64,000 nucleotides of DNA from an uncultured Desulfospira sp. (GTDB lineage: Bacteria > Desulfobacterota > Desulfobacteria > Desulfobacterales > Desulfobacteraceae): the NCBI GenBank assembly GCA_963663165.1, contig OY760175.1, forward strand, positions 6,464,001-6,528,000, given 5' to 3'. Position 1 is the stretch's first letter. The number at the start of each line of letters is the position of its first letter. The position numbers were made by a program, and so were the translations under genes. A model generated the notes under the pieces. The model was not told the DNA's origin and ran no database searches. It saw nothing but the letters and a program-made list of their open reading frames with translations. Positions 46,345 through 57,453 of this stretch are shown one piece after another.

Positions 46345-46516
46345 CGGGCCGCCTTGGTTATCCAACCAAGAACTGGCCGCAACAAATATTGAAAGAACTC
46401 AAAAGGTTGCTGAGTCTTTCATATAACGGCCACGGGCCGCCTTGGTTATCCAACCAAGAACCGCCCACAACGAATAATGAAAGTCTTATCAGGATGTTAG
46501 TGAGACTTTCATATAA
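46345..46516. repeat. Two tandem ~88-bp repeat units with paired hairpins
   Basis: cgggccgccttggttatccaaccaagaac at 46345 and 46433, each followed by TGAAAG..CTTTCATATAA hairpin. Confidence 0.8.
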
Positions 46517-46577
46517 AAGCCTTAGAATGGATCATCGTATAAACCTTAACCCAAATTCGCGGCAAGGAGGAAGGCAA

Positions 46578-48713
46578 ATGCATTTCAGGAATTTGAAAAT
46601 CAAAGTTAAAATCATCATGATTGTGGTGCTGGCTATTTTTATTTCAGTCGGAATTGTGGGCGGGTACTCGCTTTATAACACCACTGCCAGGGCCAAAGAT
46701 GATATCGCCTCGCATAAAAGCGAATTGATAACCGAAACCAGGCAGAAACTCAAAGACCTTGTGGATGCCGCATATACCATTGTCAACAAAGTATACAACC
46801 AGACCGCAACCATTGACGCCATTAAAAAAGAGTATGGAAAAGAGCTTCAATCCCTTGTGGATATTCCCTATACGATAATGGATAAAGAGTATAAAAAGAT
46901 CGGACAGGAATTTCCAGGATTCGGACAATCGCTTCAAATAACCCCCCAGGATGCACAAAATACGGTGAAGGACGTTCTTGGCGGGATCCGGTATGCCGGC
47001 AACAATTATTTCTGGATCAATGACATGGAGACCCGGATGGTGATGCACCCGGTGGCGTCTTCGCTTAACGGAAAGATTATGGACAAATTTTCAAAGAACG
47101 GTAAACTGGTAACGGCCGAAGGCACTGACCGGTCCATGTTTATTGAAATGGTCCGGGTCTGCCAGAATTCAGGGGCAGGGTATATCAGCTATTTGTGGCC
47201 GTCTCCCGATGATGAGTCAAAGTGGGTCAGAAAACTGTCCTATGTCAAACTTTTCAAACCCTGGGACTGGATCGTGGGCACCGGCATCTATGTGGATCAG
47301 GCTGAAGCCGAAGCACAGCACACGGCCATTGATATTCTCACCGACATGAAATACGGCCATAATGATTATTTTTTCATATTGGACAGCAAGGGCACCGTGG
47401 TCGCCCATCCGGATAAAGACCTGATAGGACAAAGCATGCTGGATCAAAAGGATTCATCCGGAAACTATGTTTATAAGAAAATTGTTGAAACGGCCAAAAG
47501 CGAGGGGGCCGGGCAGATTGAATACATATGTTCCAAAGCCGGCGTGGACGCTTCAACACCAAGGATGTCTTCTTTCCGCATGTTCAAGGCCTGGGACTGG
47601 ATCATTGTCACCGGGATCTGCCTGGAAGATTTGTATTTAAAAATTGGGGAAAAGGAAAAAAAGGTCCGCGCCGCTGTCCGGAATCAGGCCCTTTTTATGA
47701 TCATTACCAGTGTGATATTCATCATCGGCAGCCTTTTGTGGGTGATGTTCATGAGCCGCAGGTTTATTGAACTGCCTCTGGCCATCGGCGTGAAAGCGGC
47801 CAATCAGCTGGCAAAAGGGAATCTTGATGTGGATATTGAGGTGTGTGGCGAGGATGAAATCGGGCAGCTTCAGAGCGCTATGAAGGATATGGTGGCATCG
47901 TTGGTTGACATTGTCGGTGAGGTTCAGAGTGCCGTGGGCAATGTGGCCTCCGGCAGCGAAGAGTTAAGCTCAACTGCGGAAACCATGTCCCAGGGTGCCA
48001 CACAACAGGCGTCTGCGGCTGAACAGGCCTCTTCTGCCATGGAGGAAATGTCCGGCAATATTAAACAGAATGCGGACAATGCAAGGACAACGGAACGGTT
48101 GGCGGTTCAGGCAGCGGATGATGCCCAGAACGGAGGGGAAGCCGTCAGCAAGACCGTGGAGGCCATGAAAGAAATTGCTGAAAAAATTCTGATTGTCGAA
48201 GAGATTGCCCGGCAGACCAACATGCTGGCACTGAACGCGGCCATTGAGGCGGCCCGGGCCGGCGAACACGGCAAGGGATTCGCCGTTGTGGCGGATGCGG
48301 TCCGGAAACTGGCCGAAAGAAGCCAGGCCGCTGCCGGTGAAATCAGCAACCTGTCCAGCACCAGCGTGGAAATTGCCGAAACCGCTGGCGGGATGCTGGA
48401 TAAAATTGTTCCGGACATCCGTAAAACTTCGGACCTGGTCCAGGAGATCAATGCGGCATCTGCAGAGCAGAGTATCGGGGCCGAACAGATCAATACCTCC
48501 CTTCAGCAGCTGGACCAGGTCATTCAGCAGAACGCCAGCCTGGCCGAAGAAATGTCTTCCACGGCTGAAGAATTGTCTGCCCAGGCCGAACAGCTTCAGC
48601 AGTCCATTGCCTTTTTCAGGATTGGGAGCGCGGGGTATGCTGCCAGACAAACGGGGGCTCAGGAATCTGGTGCCGGCCCGGAAGATGATTCCGGGTTCGA
48701 TGATCAGGATTAG
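46578..48713 (+). CDS. Methyl-accepting chemotaxis protein with tandem Cache_2 sensor domains
   Basis: Two YFWI/YFFI..HP..G Cache repeats ([16 protein letters not shown]), [34 protein letters not shown]. Confidence 0.95.
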   Translation: MHFRNLKIKVKIIMIVVLAIFISVGIVGGYSLYNTTARAKDDIASHKSELITETRQKLKDLVDAAYTIVNKVYNQTATIDAIKKEYGKELQSLVDIPYTIMDKEYKKIGQEFPGFGQSLQITPQDAQNTVKDVLGGIRYAGNNYFWINDMETRMVMHPVASSLNGKIMDKFSKNGKLVTAEGTDRSMFIEMVRVCQNSGAGYISYLWPSPDDESKWVRKLSYVKLFKPWDWIVGTGIYVDQAEAEAQHTAIDILTDMKYGHNDYFFILDSKGTVVAHPDKDLIGQSMLDQKDSSGNYVYKKIVETAKSEGAGQIEYICSKAGVDASTPRMSSFRMFKAWDWIIVTGICLEDLYLKIGEKEKKVRAAVRNQALFMIITSVIFIIGSLLWVMFMSRRFIELPLAIGVKAANQLAKGNLDVDIEVCGEDEIGQLQSAMKDMVASLVDIVGEVQSAVGNVASGSEELSSTAETMSQGATQQASAAEQASSAMEEMSGNIKQNADNARTTERLAVQAADDAQNGGEAVSKTVEAMKEIAEKILIVEEIARQTNMLALNAAIEAARAGEHGKGFAVVADAVRKLAERSQAAAGEISNLSSTSVEIAETAGGMLDKIVPDIRKTSDLVQEINAASAEQSIGAEQINTSLQQLDQVIQQNASLAEEMSSTAEELSAQAEQLQQSIAFFRIGSAGYAARQTGAQESGAGPEDDSGFDDQD

Positions 48714-48715
48714 AT

Positions 48716-48795
48716 TTGATTTTAGACCTTAGACGTTAGATCTTCGACCTTAGACTTGACTAAATCGGCCCGAGGGCCTGTCTCAAGTCTAAGGT
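48716..48795. repeat. TTAGACC-type heptamer inverted array
   Basis: tttagaccttagacgttagatcttcgaccttagacttga versus tgtctcaagtctaaggt. Confidence 0.7.
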
Positions 48796-48930
48796 TTTTT
48801 TTAGGGTAAGTCCGCTTCATGTCAGGCAAAAATTTTGCCGCTACTTGCCAATGCCGGGAAAAAGCGTTATAGAATCCAATTTTAACTGACCCAAATTTTA
48901 ACTCACCAGCGGGCTGAAAAGAGACGTGCC

Positions 48931-50244
48931 ATGAATCAAAAAACAGCTTTTGGACAGGAAAATTCGGCAGAAATTGGGAAAACAGCGGCAGGGGCCATGT
49001 CCGTATTGGAGACACAGGCCAAAGATCAGGCCCTTAAAAAAATTATCCAGGCCCTGGAAGAAAACAAGGAAAAGATCTTTGAGGCCAACCGGGCCGACAT
49101 GGACCGCTCTGCCAGGGAAGGACTTGATGCAGCCCTGCTCAAACGGCTTAAGTTTGATGAAGGCAAACTGGTTGAATCTGTGGCGGGGCTTGACAGCCTG
49201 ATCCGGCTGGCCGATCCTGTGGGAAAAACCCTGTCTGCCCTGGAACTGGATACCGGGCTGGAATTGTTTAAGGTCAGCCGCCCGTTAGGCCTGATCGGGG
49301 TTATTTTTGAGTCCAGGCCCGATGCCCTGGTCCAGATCGCCTGTCTTTGCCTGAAAAGCGGGAATGCGGTGTTGTTAAAGGGCGGCAGTGAGGCTGCCCG
49401 GACCAACCGGGTCCTGGCCGATACCATCCATGATGCCGGGGTCGCCAGCGGACTTCCTGTGGGCTGGCTGGGCCTTCTGGAAACCCGGGATGATGTGGCC
49501 CAGATTCTCAAGCAGGACCAATATATCGATTTGATTATCCCCAGGGGGTCCAACGCCTTTGTCCGGTATATCATGGAAAATACCCTGATCCCGGTCTTGG
49601 GCCATGCCGACGGGATCTGCCACCTTTATATTGATCGGGATGCCGATCCGGTCATGGCCGTTGACCTGGCCGTAGACGGAAAGACCCAGTATGTGGCGGT
49701 CTGCAATGCCATAGAGACTATTTTGATCCATGAAAAGGCGGTGCCGGCTGTCCTTGGACCCATGGCCGCCGCTTTGAAAGAGCGGAACGTAAAAATTTTC
49801 GGATGCCCTGAAACCTGTGCCCTGATTGATGGGGCCCAACCGGCCACTGAAGACAGCTGGAAAACCGAATACCTGGATTATATGGTGTCGGTCCGGGTGG
49901 TTCCCTCCATGGACCAGGCCCTGGACCATATTAACCGTTACGGGTCCGGCCACACCGATGTCATTGTGTCCGCGGACAGGCACCGGGCCGTGGATTTCAT
50001 GAACCGGGCCGACACAGCCGATGCCTTCTGGAATTGTTCGAGCCGGTTTGCCGACGGGTTCAGGTTCGGTTTAGGCGCCGAGGTGGGCATCAGCACCAAC
50101 AAGATTCATGCCCGGGGGCCGGTGGGCCTTGAAGGCCTGATGACCAGCCAGTGGCGGCTCATGGGCAACGGCCATAAGGTGGCGGATTACTCCGGTCCGG
50201 CCGGCCGGTCCTTTACCCATATCCCTTTAGACAAGACGTTTTAG
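48931..50244 (+). CDS. proA: Gamma-glutamyl phosphate reductase
   Basis: [68 protein letters not shown]. Confidence 0.96.
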   Translation: [437 protein letters not shown]

Positions 50245-50256
50245 ACAGGTTCTTCC

Positions 50257-51396
50257 ATGCCCCAGGAAAGATTGTTAAATGCCGGCCGCGTTGTGGTCAA
50301 GTTAGGTTCCAATGTGATCACGGCAAAAAACGGCCTCAACCTTGAGGTTATGGCATCCATTTCCCGTCAGATCTCCACCCTCATGGACAGGGGACTTGAG
50401 GTTATTCTGGTCTCTTCCGGGGCCATGGCCGCCGGTCTTCGCAAGATGGGCATGGCAAAACGGCCCGACGAGATCCCCAAACGCCAGGCCGTCTCCGCCA
50501 TCGGCCAGACCGAGGTCATGTATACCTACGAAAAGGAATTTGCCAGGTTCGGTAAAAAGGTATCCCAGATCCTGCTCACGGCGGAGGATCTAAATGACCG
50601 GGAACGGTATCTGAACGCCCGGAACGCCTTGCACACCCTGATGGAATGGAAAGTCGTTCCCATTATCAACGAAAACGATACCATCAAAGTTGAGGAAATC
50701 AAGCTCGGGGACAACGACAACCTGGCCGCCATGATTGCCCTGCTGCTGGATGCGGATTTTCTGTTTATCCTCACGGATATTGACGGGCTGTATGACAAGG
50801 ACCCGAGGGTTTATCCCACCACGGCCCACCTGATTCGCAGGGTCGCTGCCTTTGAAGAAGAAATCGAGGCCTATGCCGGTGCCATCCCCGGGACCCTGGG
50901 AACCGGGGGCATGCTGACCAAAATCCAGGCCGCCAAAAAGGTCACTTCCTCGGGCATCCCCATGATTGTGGCCAGGGGAACGGTTCCGGATATTCTGCTG
51001 CGCCTGTTTGACGGGGAACCTTTAGGGACCTATTTTCTGGCTGCCGGCAAAAAGCTGTCTTCCCGGAAATGCTGGATTGCCCATACCATTAAGCCCAAGG
51101 GAAGCCTTATTTTAGACTGGGGCGCGGTCCGGGCGATCAAAGAGAACGGCAAGAGCCTGTTGCCCAGCGGCATCCTGGACGTTACCGGCAACTTTTCTCA
51201 AGGGGAGGCCGTGTTTCTTAAAGATCCGGACAATAACGTGGTGGGCACCGGCCTGGTCAACTATCCGGTGGATGATGTCCGGCTGATCCGGGGCCTGAAA
51301 AGTTCCCAGATTGAGGCCTGCCTGGGCGCCAAGCACTATGACGAGGTGGTCCACCGGAACAATCTGGTGATTCGTGAAGCGCTTTTGGAAGGATGA
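50257..51396 (+). CDS. proB: Glutamate 5-kinase with PUA domain
   Basis: VVKLGS, VSSGA, PIINEND, GDNDNLAA, GTGGM-TK, SLLPSG, VVHRNNL. Confidence 0.96.
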   Translation: MPQERLLNAGRVVVKLGSNVITAKNGLNLEVMASISRQISTLMDRGLEVILVSSGAMAAGLRKMGMAKRPDEIPKRQAVSAIGQTEVMYTYEKEFARFGKKVSQILLTAEDLNDRERYLNARNALHTLMEWKVVPIINENDTIKVEEIKLGDNDNLAAMIALLLDADFLFILTDIDGLYDKDPRVYPTTAHLIRRVAAFEEEIEAYAGAIPGTLGTGGMLTKIQAAKKVTSSGIPMIVARGTVPDILLRLFDGEPLGTYFLAAGKKLSSRKCWIAHTIKPKGSLILDWGAVRAIKENGKSLLPSGILDVTGNFSQGEAVFLKDPDNNVVGTGLVNYPVDDVRLIRGLKSSQIEACLGAKHYDEVVHRNNLVIREALLEG

Positions 51397-51399
51397 GAG

Positions 51400-53415
51400 A
51401 TGTCTGAAAGGATGAGGGATGAACCAGGGCTTCCGGAACAAGGACATAGGCCTTCTATCCTGGCGCCGGCCGGGGACAGGGAATCTTTTTTGGCGGCCCT
51501 GGCTGCCGGAGCCGATGCCGTTTACTGCGGGCTTAAGATTTTTTCGGCCCGGATGGAGGCGGATAATTTCGGCATGGAAGAACTGGCAGGCCTCACGGCC
51601 CTGGCACGGTCCAAAGGGGTTGAGGTCTATGTGGCCTTTAATTCCATGATCAAAGAAGGCGAACTGGACAAGACCCTCAGAATTTTAAAGAAGCTTTGTG
51701 TTTACGTTAATCCCCACGGCCTGATCGTCCAGGATCTGGCCATGATTTCCCTTTCACGACAGGCCGGTTTCAAGGGGCAGATTCATTTGTCTACGCTGGC
51801 CAATGCCTCATTCGGTCAGGGACTTTCCCCGGTTAAAGCCCTTGGGATTGACCGGGTGGTGCTGCCCCGGGAGCTCACCGTGGATGAGATCAAGTCCATG
51901 GCCGAACAGGCGCCCAAAGGGCTTGATTTAGAGGTGTTTGTCCATGGGGCCCTGTGTTATGCCGTGTCGGGAAGGTGTTACTGGAGTTCCTGGTTTGGGG
52001 GCAAGAGCGGGCTTAGGGGGCGGTGTGTTCAGCCCTGCCGCCGGGTATATACCCAGAATCGGGAAAAATCCCGGTTTTTTTCCTGCATGGATCTGTCTGT
52101 TGACGTTCTGGTCAAGGTCTTAAAAGAGATCCCCAAAATAAGCACCTGGAAAATCGAGGGCCGGAAAAAGGGCCCCCATTACGTTTTCTATACGGTCAAA
52201 GCCTATCAGATGCTCCGGGACGAGGGGCATGACCCTCAGAAACGAAAAACCGCCATGGCGTTTTTAGACTATGCCATGGGAAGGCCCGCTACCCATTATA
52301 ATTTCCTGTCCCAGCGCAAAATCAATCCCGTTAACAAGGATTCGGAAACCGGTTCCGGCTTGTTTGCCGGCCGGGTCAGGCAGGGCACTTCGCCTTATTT
52401 TATTACCCGGGAAGCCTTGTTTGGCGGGGATTTGCTTCGCCTGGGATATGAGGATCACAAGGGACATTCGATCCAGCGGGTTAACCGGCCCGTTCCCAAA
52501 AAAGGCAAATTTGTCCTGAAAAAGGATAAATACCTTTCAAAAGGGACCCCGGTGTTTATCGTGGACCGGAAAGAGCCTGAGATCATGGAACAGGTGAACC
52601 GGCTGGAACGGGAACTTGAGGCAATGCCGAAAGTCAAAGTGAAACCCCAGCCGTCAGGGATATCCCCAAAGCCTCCGGCTGCCCGGCAAAGAAAAACAAC
52701 AAGGCACAGGGAAAGGGGACCTGTTGATGTCCGGCTTACCCGGAATGCCCAAAAAACAAAAGGCCGCATGGGCCAGGCGGTCTGGCTGAGCATGGACCAG
52801 AAGGTGAAACTGCCGGGCAGGGCGGTCAAAGAGATCTGGTGGTGGCTTCCCCCTGTGGTCTGGCCGGACAGGGAAAAGGATCTGGCACAGGCCATCGGGC
52901 AGGTCATGGCAAAAGGGGGGCGTAAATTTGTCCTGAACATGATCTGGCAAAAATCTTTATTTCCTGAAGACAAAGGCCTTGAACTCTGGGCCGGCCCCTT
53001 TAACAACCTGGCCAATGCGGCGGCCGTTAACTGCCTTAAGCCTTTGGGATTTTCAGGGGCCGTGGTCAGCCCGGAACTGGGGGGCAAGCAGTTCATGCAA
53101 TTGCCCAAAGAGACCGAATTGCCCCTGGGGGTGGTGGTCAAAGGCAACTGGCCCCTTTGTGTCTCCCGGAGTCTGTCAACCGATATCCGGCTGGATACCC
53201 CGTTTTTAAGCCCCATGGGTGAGGCCGCCTGGGTGACCCGCCGGGATGGGGATTTCTGGGTGTTTCCGGCCTGGCCCCTGGATCTGACGTCCAAGGAACA
53301 GGAGTTTAAAAAGGCTGGTTACCAGATGGTGATCACCATGGAGGAACCCGTCCCCAAGGGGGTGGTCATGAAACGGCGGCAGGGGCTCTGGAACTGGAAT
53401 CTGTCGGTTTTGTAG
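51400..53415 (+). CDS. U32 family protein (Fe-S RNA hydroxylation-type, RlhA-like)
   Basis: ILAPAG, GADAVY-G, HLST, RVVLPREL, FVHGALC-A-SGRC...RG-C-QPCR, KIEGR. Confidence 0.88.
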   Translation: MSERMRDEPGLPEQGHRPSILAPAGDRESFLAALAAGADAVYCGLKIFSARMEADNFGMEELAGLTALARSKGVEVYVAFNSMIKEGELDKTLRILKKLCVYVNPHGLIVQDLAMISLSRQAGFKGQIHLSTLANASFGQGLSPVKALGIDRVVLPRELTVDEIKSMAEQAPKGLDLEVFVHGALCYAVSGRCYWSSWFGGKSGLRGRCVQPCRRVYTQNREKSRFFSCMDLSVDVLVKVLKEIPKISTWKIEGRKKGPHYVFYTVKAYQMLRDEGHDPQKRKTAMAFLDYAMGRPATHYNFLSQRKINPVNKDSETGSGLFAGRVRQGTSPYFITREALFGGDLLRLGYEDHKGHSIQRVNRPVPKKGKFVLKKDKYLSKGTPVFIVDRKEPEIMEQVNRLERELEAMPKVKVKPQPSGISPKPPAARQRKTTRHRERGPVDVRLTRNAQKTKGRMGQAVWLSMDQKVKLPGRAVKEIWWWLPPVVWPDREKDLAQAIGQVMAKGGRKFVLNMIWQKSLFPEDKGLELWAGPFNNLANAAAVNCLKPLGFSGAVVSPELGGKQFMQLPKETELPLGVVVKGNWPLCVSRSLSTDIRLDTPFLSPMGEAAWVTRRDGDFWVFPAWPLDLTSKEQEFKKAGYQMVITMEEPVPKGVVMKRRQGLWNWNLSVL

Positions 53416-53837
53416 GCTGAAAAAGTGAAGCCAGAATAGCCCTGGCTGCCATCTTGGCCCCGCCTTTACAGGATTCAATATATGCCAGGGCCTGATGGCG
53501 AAGATCGGCGCGGCTGACCGGCGTATCAAGAAAGGACTCCATGGCCCTGGCCGCTTCCAGCCAGTTCTTGGCTTTTAAAACAATCTTTTTTTCAAAAATG
53601 CCCCCCCCACACACAAACGGCCGATGCCGCCTGTATCCGGATATCGGATTTGGGCAGGCCCTTAGGGGTGACCCGGGCATCAAATGAGGGGTGAGCCGTT
53701 TGTTTTGCCTTAGAAAAGGTGGGCCGTCCGCCACAGGATATTGTAAAACCTTAAAAAATTAGGTATAAAGGCACTCTTTGTCATGAGGGGGGGGATGCTC
53801 TCATGTTTTTTAAATATTCACAATACTTAAATTATAG

Positions 53838-55592
53838 ATGAAACCCCTGAAAAACAAACTGTCCTTGTCCCGTCAGAAAAAAATTATTTTGCTGGTCTCA
53901 ACCCATTGGCGGCGCCTGGTTCTGGCTGCCCTTTGCATGACCGTTGTGGCCGGGGCCAACGGGGCCATGGCACTGCTGGTCAAACCGGTGCTCGACGATA
54001 TTTTTATCGCTAAAAACAAAGAGATGCTGTTGTTCATCCCGGGGCTTGCCATCCTGGTGTTTCTGCTCAGGGGAATGGGAAATTACAGTTCTGAATACCT
54101 GATGAACTACATTGGGGCAAAGATTATCCGGCATTTCAGGGACGAGCTGTATGAAAAAATTACCCGGATGCCCATAGCGTTTATTCACCGGGAAACCACC
54201 GGGGCCCTCATGTCCCGGATTACCAATGATGTGAACATTGTCAAAGGCATGGTCTCCACGGCGGTCATCAATGTGTTCCGGGACTTTTTTTCAGTGATTG
54301 CCTTTTTGATCGTGATTTTTTACCGGGACTGGAAGCTGGCCATTGGCGCTTTTATTGTCCTGCCCCTGGCCTTTTATCCCATTTTGCTCTTCGGCCGCAG
54401 GGTCCGGCGGTTTTCCACGGGAACCCAGGAAACCATGGCCGATCTGACCGCCTTTCTTCATGAAACCTTTACCGGGGCCAAAGTTATTAAAGTGTTTTGC
54501 ATGGAATCCTTTGAAGTAAAACGGTTCAAGGATCTGACCCGGGCCCTTTTCCGCCTGGAGATGAAAAAGGTGGTTTTCAAATCCCTGTCGTCGCCGGTCA
54601 TGGAATTTTTAGGGGGGCTGGGCATTGCTTTTGTCATCTGGTTTGGCGGGGTAAGGGTGATTAACGGGACCTCTACCCCGGGGATCTTTTTTTCCTTTTT
54701 AACGGCGGTAATGATGCTTTACGAACCGGTAAAGCGGCTGACCAAACTCAATAATACCATTCAGGAAGGGGTGGCGGCCGCCGAAAGGGTTTTTGATATT
54801 CTGGAGCGGGATCAGGCCATTGAAGAAAAACCCAACCCTGAACAGCTTAAAGGCTCCCGTCTGGATGTGGAATTTGACCGGGTCTCATTTGCCTATGCCC
54901 CTGAAAGCGACCCCGCCTTAAAAGAGATCAGCCTTAAGGTCGCGCCAGGGGAGGTCCTGGCGTTAGTGGGCATGAGCGGCGGGGGAAAAACCAGTCTGGT
55001 CAACCTGTTGCCAAGGCTTTATGATGTGACGGAAGGCCGTGTGAAAATTGCCGGAAAAGACGTGCGGGACCTGTCCATAGCCTCTTTGCGGGCCCATGTG
55101 TCTATTGTGACCCAGGAACCCATTTTGTTTAACGAAAGTATCCGTGACAATATCCGGTACGGCCGGATGGATGCCACGGACCGGGAAATAGAAGATGCCG
55201 CAAAAGCCGCCTATGCCTATGACTTTATTCAGGGCTTTGACAAGGGGTTTGATACGGTTATCGGGGAATTGGGATCCCGGCTTTCCGGCGGAGAAAAACA
55301 GCGGATCTGCATTGCCCGGGCCCTGATCAAGGACGCCCCGGTCCTGATCCTGGACGAGGCCACGTCCGCTTTGGATTCACAGGCAGAGCGGGTGGTCCAG
55401 AAAGCCCTGGAAAATCTCATGAAAGGGCGGACATCTTTTGTGATTGCCCACCGGCTGTCCACCATTGATTATGCCTCACGGATCATTGTCCTAAAGGACG
55501 GGGCCATTGTAGAACAGGGCAGCCACACTGAACTGATGGATCTTAAAGGGGAGTATTTTAAACTTCGGACCATGCAACAAAATAACCACTGA
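53838..55592 (+). CDS. msbA: MsbA-like ABC exporter (TM + ATPase)
   Basis: Six TMs, SRITND, Walker A GMSGGGKT, LSGGEKQR, ILDEATSALD, IAHRLST; followed by Trm112-like gene. Confidence 0.85.
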   Translation: MKPLKNKLSLSRQKKIILLVSTHWRRLVLAALCMTVVAGANGAMALLVKPVLDDIFIAKNKEMLLFIPGLAILVFLLRGMGNYSSEYLMNYIGAKIIRHFRDELYEKITRMPIAFIHRETTGALMSRITNDVNIVKGMVSTAVINVFRDFFSVIAFLIVIFYRDWKLAIGAFIVLPLAFYPILLFGRRVRRFSTGTQETMADLTAFLHETFTGAKVIKVFCMESFEVKRFKDLTRALFRLEMKKVVFKSLSSPVMEFLGGLGIAFVIWFGGVRVINGTSTPGIFFSFLTAVMMLYEPVKRLTKLNNTIQEGVAAAERVFDILERDQAIEEKPNPEQLKGSRLDVEFDRVSFAYAPESDPALKEISLKVAPGEVLALVGMSGGGKTSLVNLLPRLYDVTEGRVKIAGKDVRDLSIASLRAHVSIVTQEPILFNESIRDNIRYGRMDATDREIEDAAKAAYAYDFIQGFDKGFDTVIGELGSRLSGGEKQRICIARALIKDAPVLILDEATSALDSQAERVVQKALENLMKGRTSFVIAHRLSTIDYASRIIVLKDGAIVEQGSHTELMDLKGEYFKLRTMQQNNH

Positions 55593-55604
55593 ACGGGAGA
55601 CAAT

Positions 55605-55778
55605 ATGGCTGTTTCTAAAGAATTGCTGGACATTCTGGTTTGCCCCAAGTGCAAAGGGGATATCCGGCTGACGGACAAAGAAGACGGACTGGTCTGCGAA
55701 CATTGCCGCCTGGTTTATGAAATTCGGGATGATATTCCCATTATGTTGGTAGAAGAGGCGAAACCTTACGAAGGCTGA
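55605..55778 (+). CDS. Trm112 family protein (YcaR-like), 57 aa, not in ORF track
   Basis: MAVSKELLDILVCPKCKG...LVCEHCRLVYEIRDDIPIML; GGAG RBS. Confidence 0.9.
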   Translation: MAVSKELLDILVCPKCKGDIRLTDKEDGLVCEHCRLVYEIRDDIPIMLVEEAKPYEG

Positions 55779-55854
55779 AGGTGAATAGACTGAAGGATAG
55801 AGGTTCTGAAGTGCTGCCATCCTTCAGCCCAAACCCCTAAATAAGGGCTGTTAA

Positions 55855-56421
55855 ATGAGTACCCCTAAACCGCCGGATCCGGCCAAACTGGTAATTTCCG
55901 TTTTTACGAAGGACAAGGCCCTTTTCGGCCCGGTGTATGAGGCCTTTGAAAAGGTGGCCGGGCCAGGTGACCTGGTTTCCGGCTGGCTCGATTTTAACTA
56001 TACGGATTATTATTACCGGGAAATGGGATCTCCCCTTTTTAGACGGGTAGTGGCCTTTAAAGACCTGATTGCCCAGGACAGTTTGTCCAAATTTAAGCTG
56101 GCGGCCAATGAGATTGAAAAACAGTATCAGGAAAATGACTGCCGCCGGGTAAATATTGACCCGGGATATTTGCTCCGGTCCCGGTTTATTCTGGCCACGG
56201 GCAAGGACTATTCCCACCGGATTTATATCGGGGATCAGATTTATGCCGACCTGACCCTGATGTATACCAAGCAGGGATTTAAACCCCTGGAATGGACCTA
56301 CCCGGATTATGCCTCAGTGGATATGATGGGTTTTCTTGAAAAAATAAGGGAAAAATATATCCTTGACCTTAAACATGATCTCTCCCGGAACCGGCTGGAA
56401 TACCAGGAAATGAAAAAATAG
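55855..56421 (+). CDS. DUF4416 family protein
   Basis: F-YTDYY-REMG, R-VNIDPGY, LATGKDYSHRIY, WTYPDY. Confidence 0.85.
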   Translation: MSTPKPPDPAKLVISVFTKDKALFGPVYEAFEKVAGPGDLVSGWLDFNYTDYYYREMGSPLFRRVVAFKDLIAQDSLSKFKLAANEIEKQYQENDCRRVNIDPGYLLRSRFILATGKDYSHRIYIGDQIYADLTLMYTKQGFKPLEWTYPDYASVDMMGFLEKIREKYILDLKHDLSRNRLEYQEMKK

Positions 56422-56456
56422 TCAGACAAAAGTCATTCAACCACAAGGAAATTTAA

Positions 56457-57353
56457 ATGATAAAGAGCATGACCGCTTTTGCAAAGGCGGCTCACGAAAG
56501 CGGCCATATTACGGCCGATGTTACCATCCGGTCTTATAATTCAAAGGGACTGGATTTTGCCGTTTACCTTCCCGAAGCCTGCCGGCCCCTGGAAGAGGAT
56601 ATTAAAAAGCTGGTATCCGCCGTGATCCAGCGGGGCCGGGTGGAAATCCGGGTCAATATTCAGGACGACACCCCGGAAGCCGACTTGTTTGAAGTGGATG
56701 CGGCCAGAGCCGCATCTTATTACCGGGCCCTGGTCACGGTTAAAGAAACCCTTAACTTTGAGTCTTCCCCCACCATGGAGCAGGTGCTGGCGGCCGGGAA
56801 ACTGATCCTGCCCAAGACCGTTGAACTTGACACGGATCTGTTATGGGATGTCGTATCCAAAGCCGTTGAAACAGCGGTAAATGATCTGGACGGCATGAGG
56901 GCCTCAGAAGGTGCCAACCTTTTTGCCGATCTGTCCGGCCGGATAAATGATATTGAAATGAAATTGGCCGATGTTGAAAAGCTTGCCCGGGAAATTCCCG
57001 CCATTTACAAACAGCGGCTAATGGAGCGGCTCGAACGGCTGACCGCAGATATACCCCCGGGGGATTCAGCCTGCATTGATCCGGTAAGGCTGGCCCAGGA
57101 AGCAGCCATTCTCGCGGACAAAAGTGATGTGTCCGAAGAAATTGTCCGGTTGCACAGCCATATCAGCCAGTTCCGGCAGATCATGGATACGGGACAATCC
57201 CAGGGCAGGAAACTCAACTTTCTGATCCAGGAATTTAACCGGGAGTTTAATACCATTGGATCTAAATCCGGCCATGCCGACCTTTCCCATATGGTGGTGG
57301 ACTTGAAATCAGAACTTGAAAAAATCAGGGAACAAGTCCAGAATATTGAATAG
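56457..57353 (+). CDS. yicC: YicC/YloC family endoribonuclease
   Basis: MIKSMTAF, RGRV, DVSEEIVRL, GRKLNFLIQEFNREFNTIGSK, K-ELEKIREQVQNIE. Confidence 0.93.
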   Translation: MIKSMTAFAKAAHESGHITADVTIRSYNSKGLDFAVYLPEACRPLEEDIKKLVSAVIQRGRVEIRVNIQDDTPEADLFEVDAARAASYYRALVTVKETLNFESSPTMEQVLAAGKLILPKTVELDTDLLWDVVSKAVETAVNDLDGMRASEGANLFADLSGRINDIEMKLADVEKLAREIPAIYKQRLMERLERLTADIPPGDSACIDPVRLAQEAAILADKSDVSEEIVRLHSHISQFRQIMDTGQSQGRKLNFLIQEFNREFNTIGSKSGHADLSHMVVDLKSELEKIREQVQNIE

Positions 57354-57356
57354 AAA

Positions 57357-57437
57357 ATGGACATGGGATATGGGACTTGGGATATGGGGAAAAAGCATCC
57401 GGCACCCCCAAGTCCCAAAACCCAGGCCCCAAATCTA
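57357..57437. repeat. TGGGATA/TGGGACT heptamer inverted array
   Basis: tggacatgggatatgggacttgggatatggg versus ccccaagtcccaaaacccaggccccaaatc. Confidence 0.75.
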
Positions 57438-57453
57438 AATATTAGGATAAATT

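Noticed and set aside
46345..46516. Possible mini CRISPR array (29-bp palindromic repeat twice)
   Set aside because: There are only two units, the would-be spacers resemble each other and are palindromic, and no cas genes are in the window.
53420..53740. Possible gene remnant or sRNA between U32 and msbA
   Set aside because: There is no recognisable protein motif or convincing structure, so a call cannot be supported.
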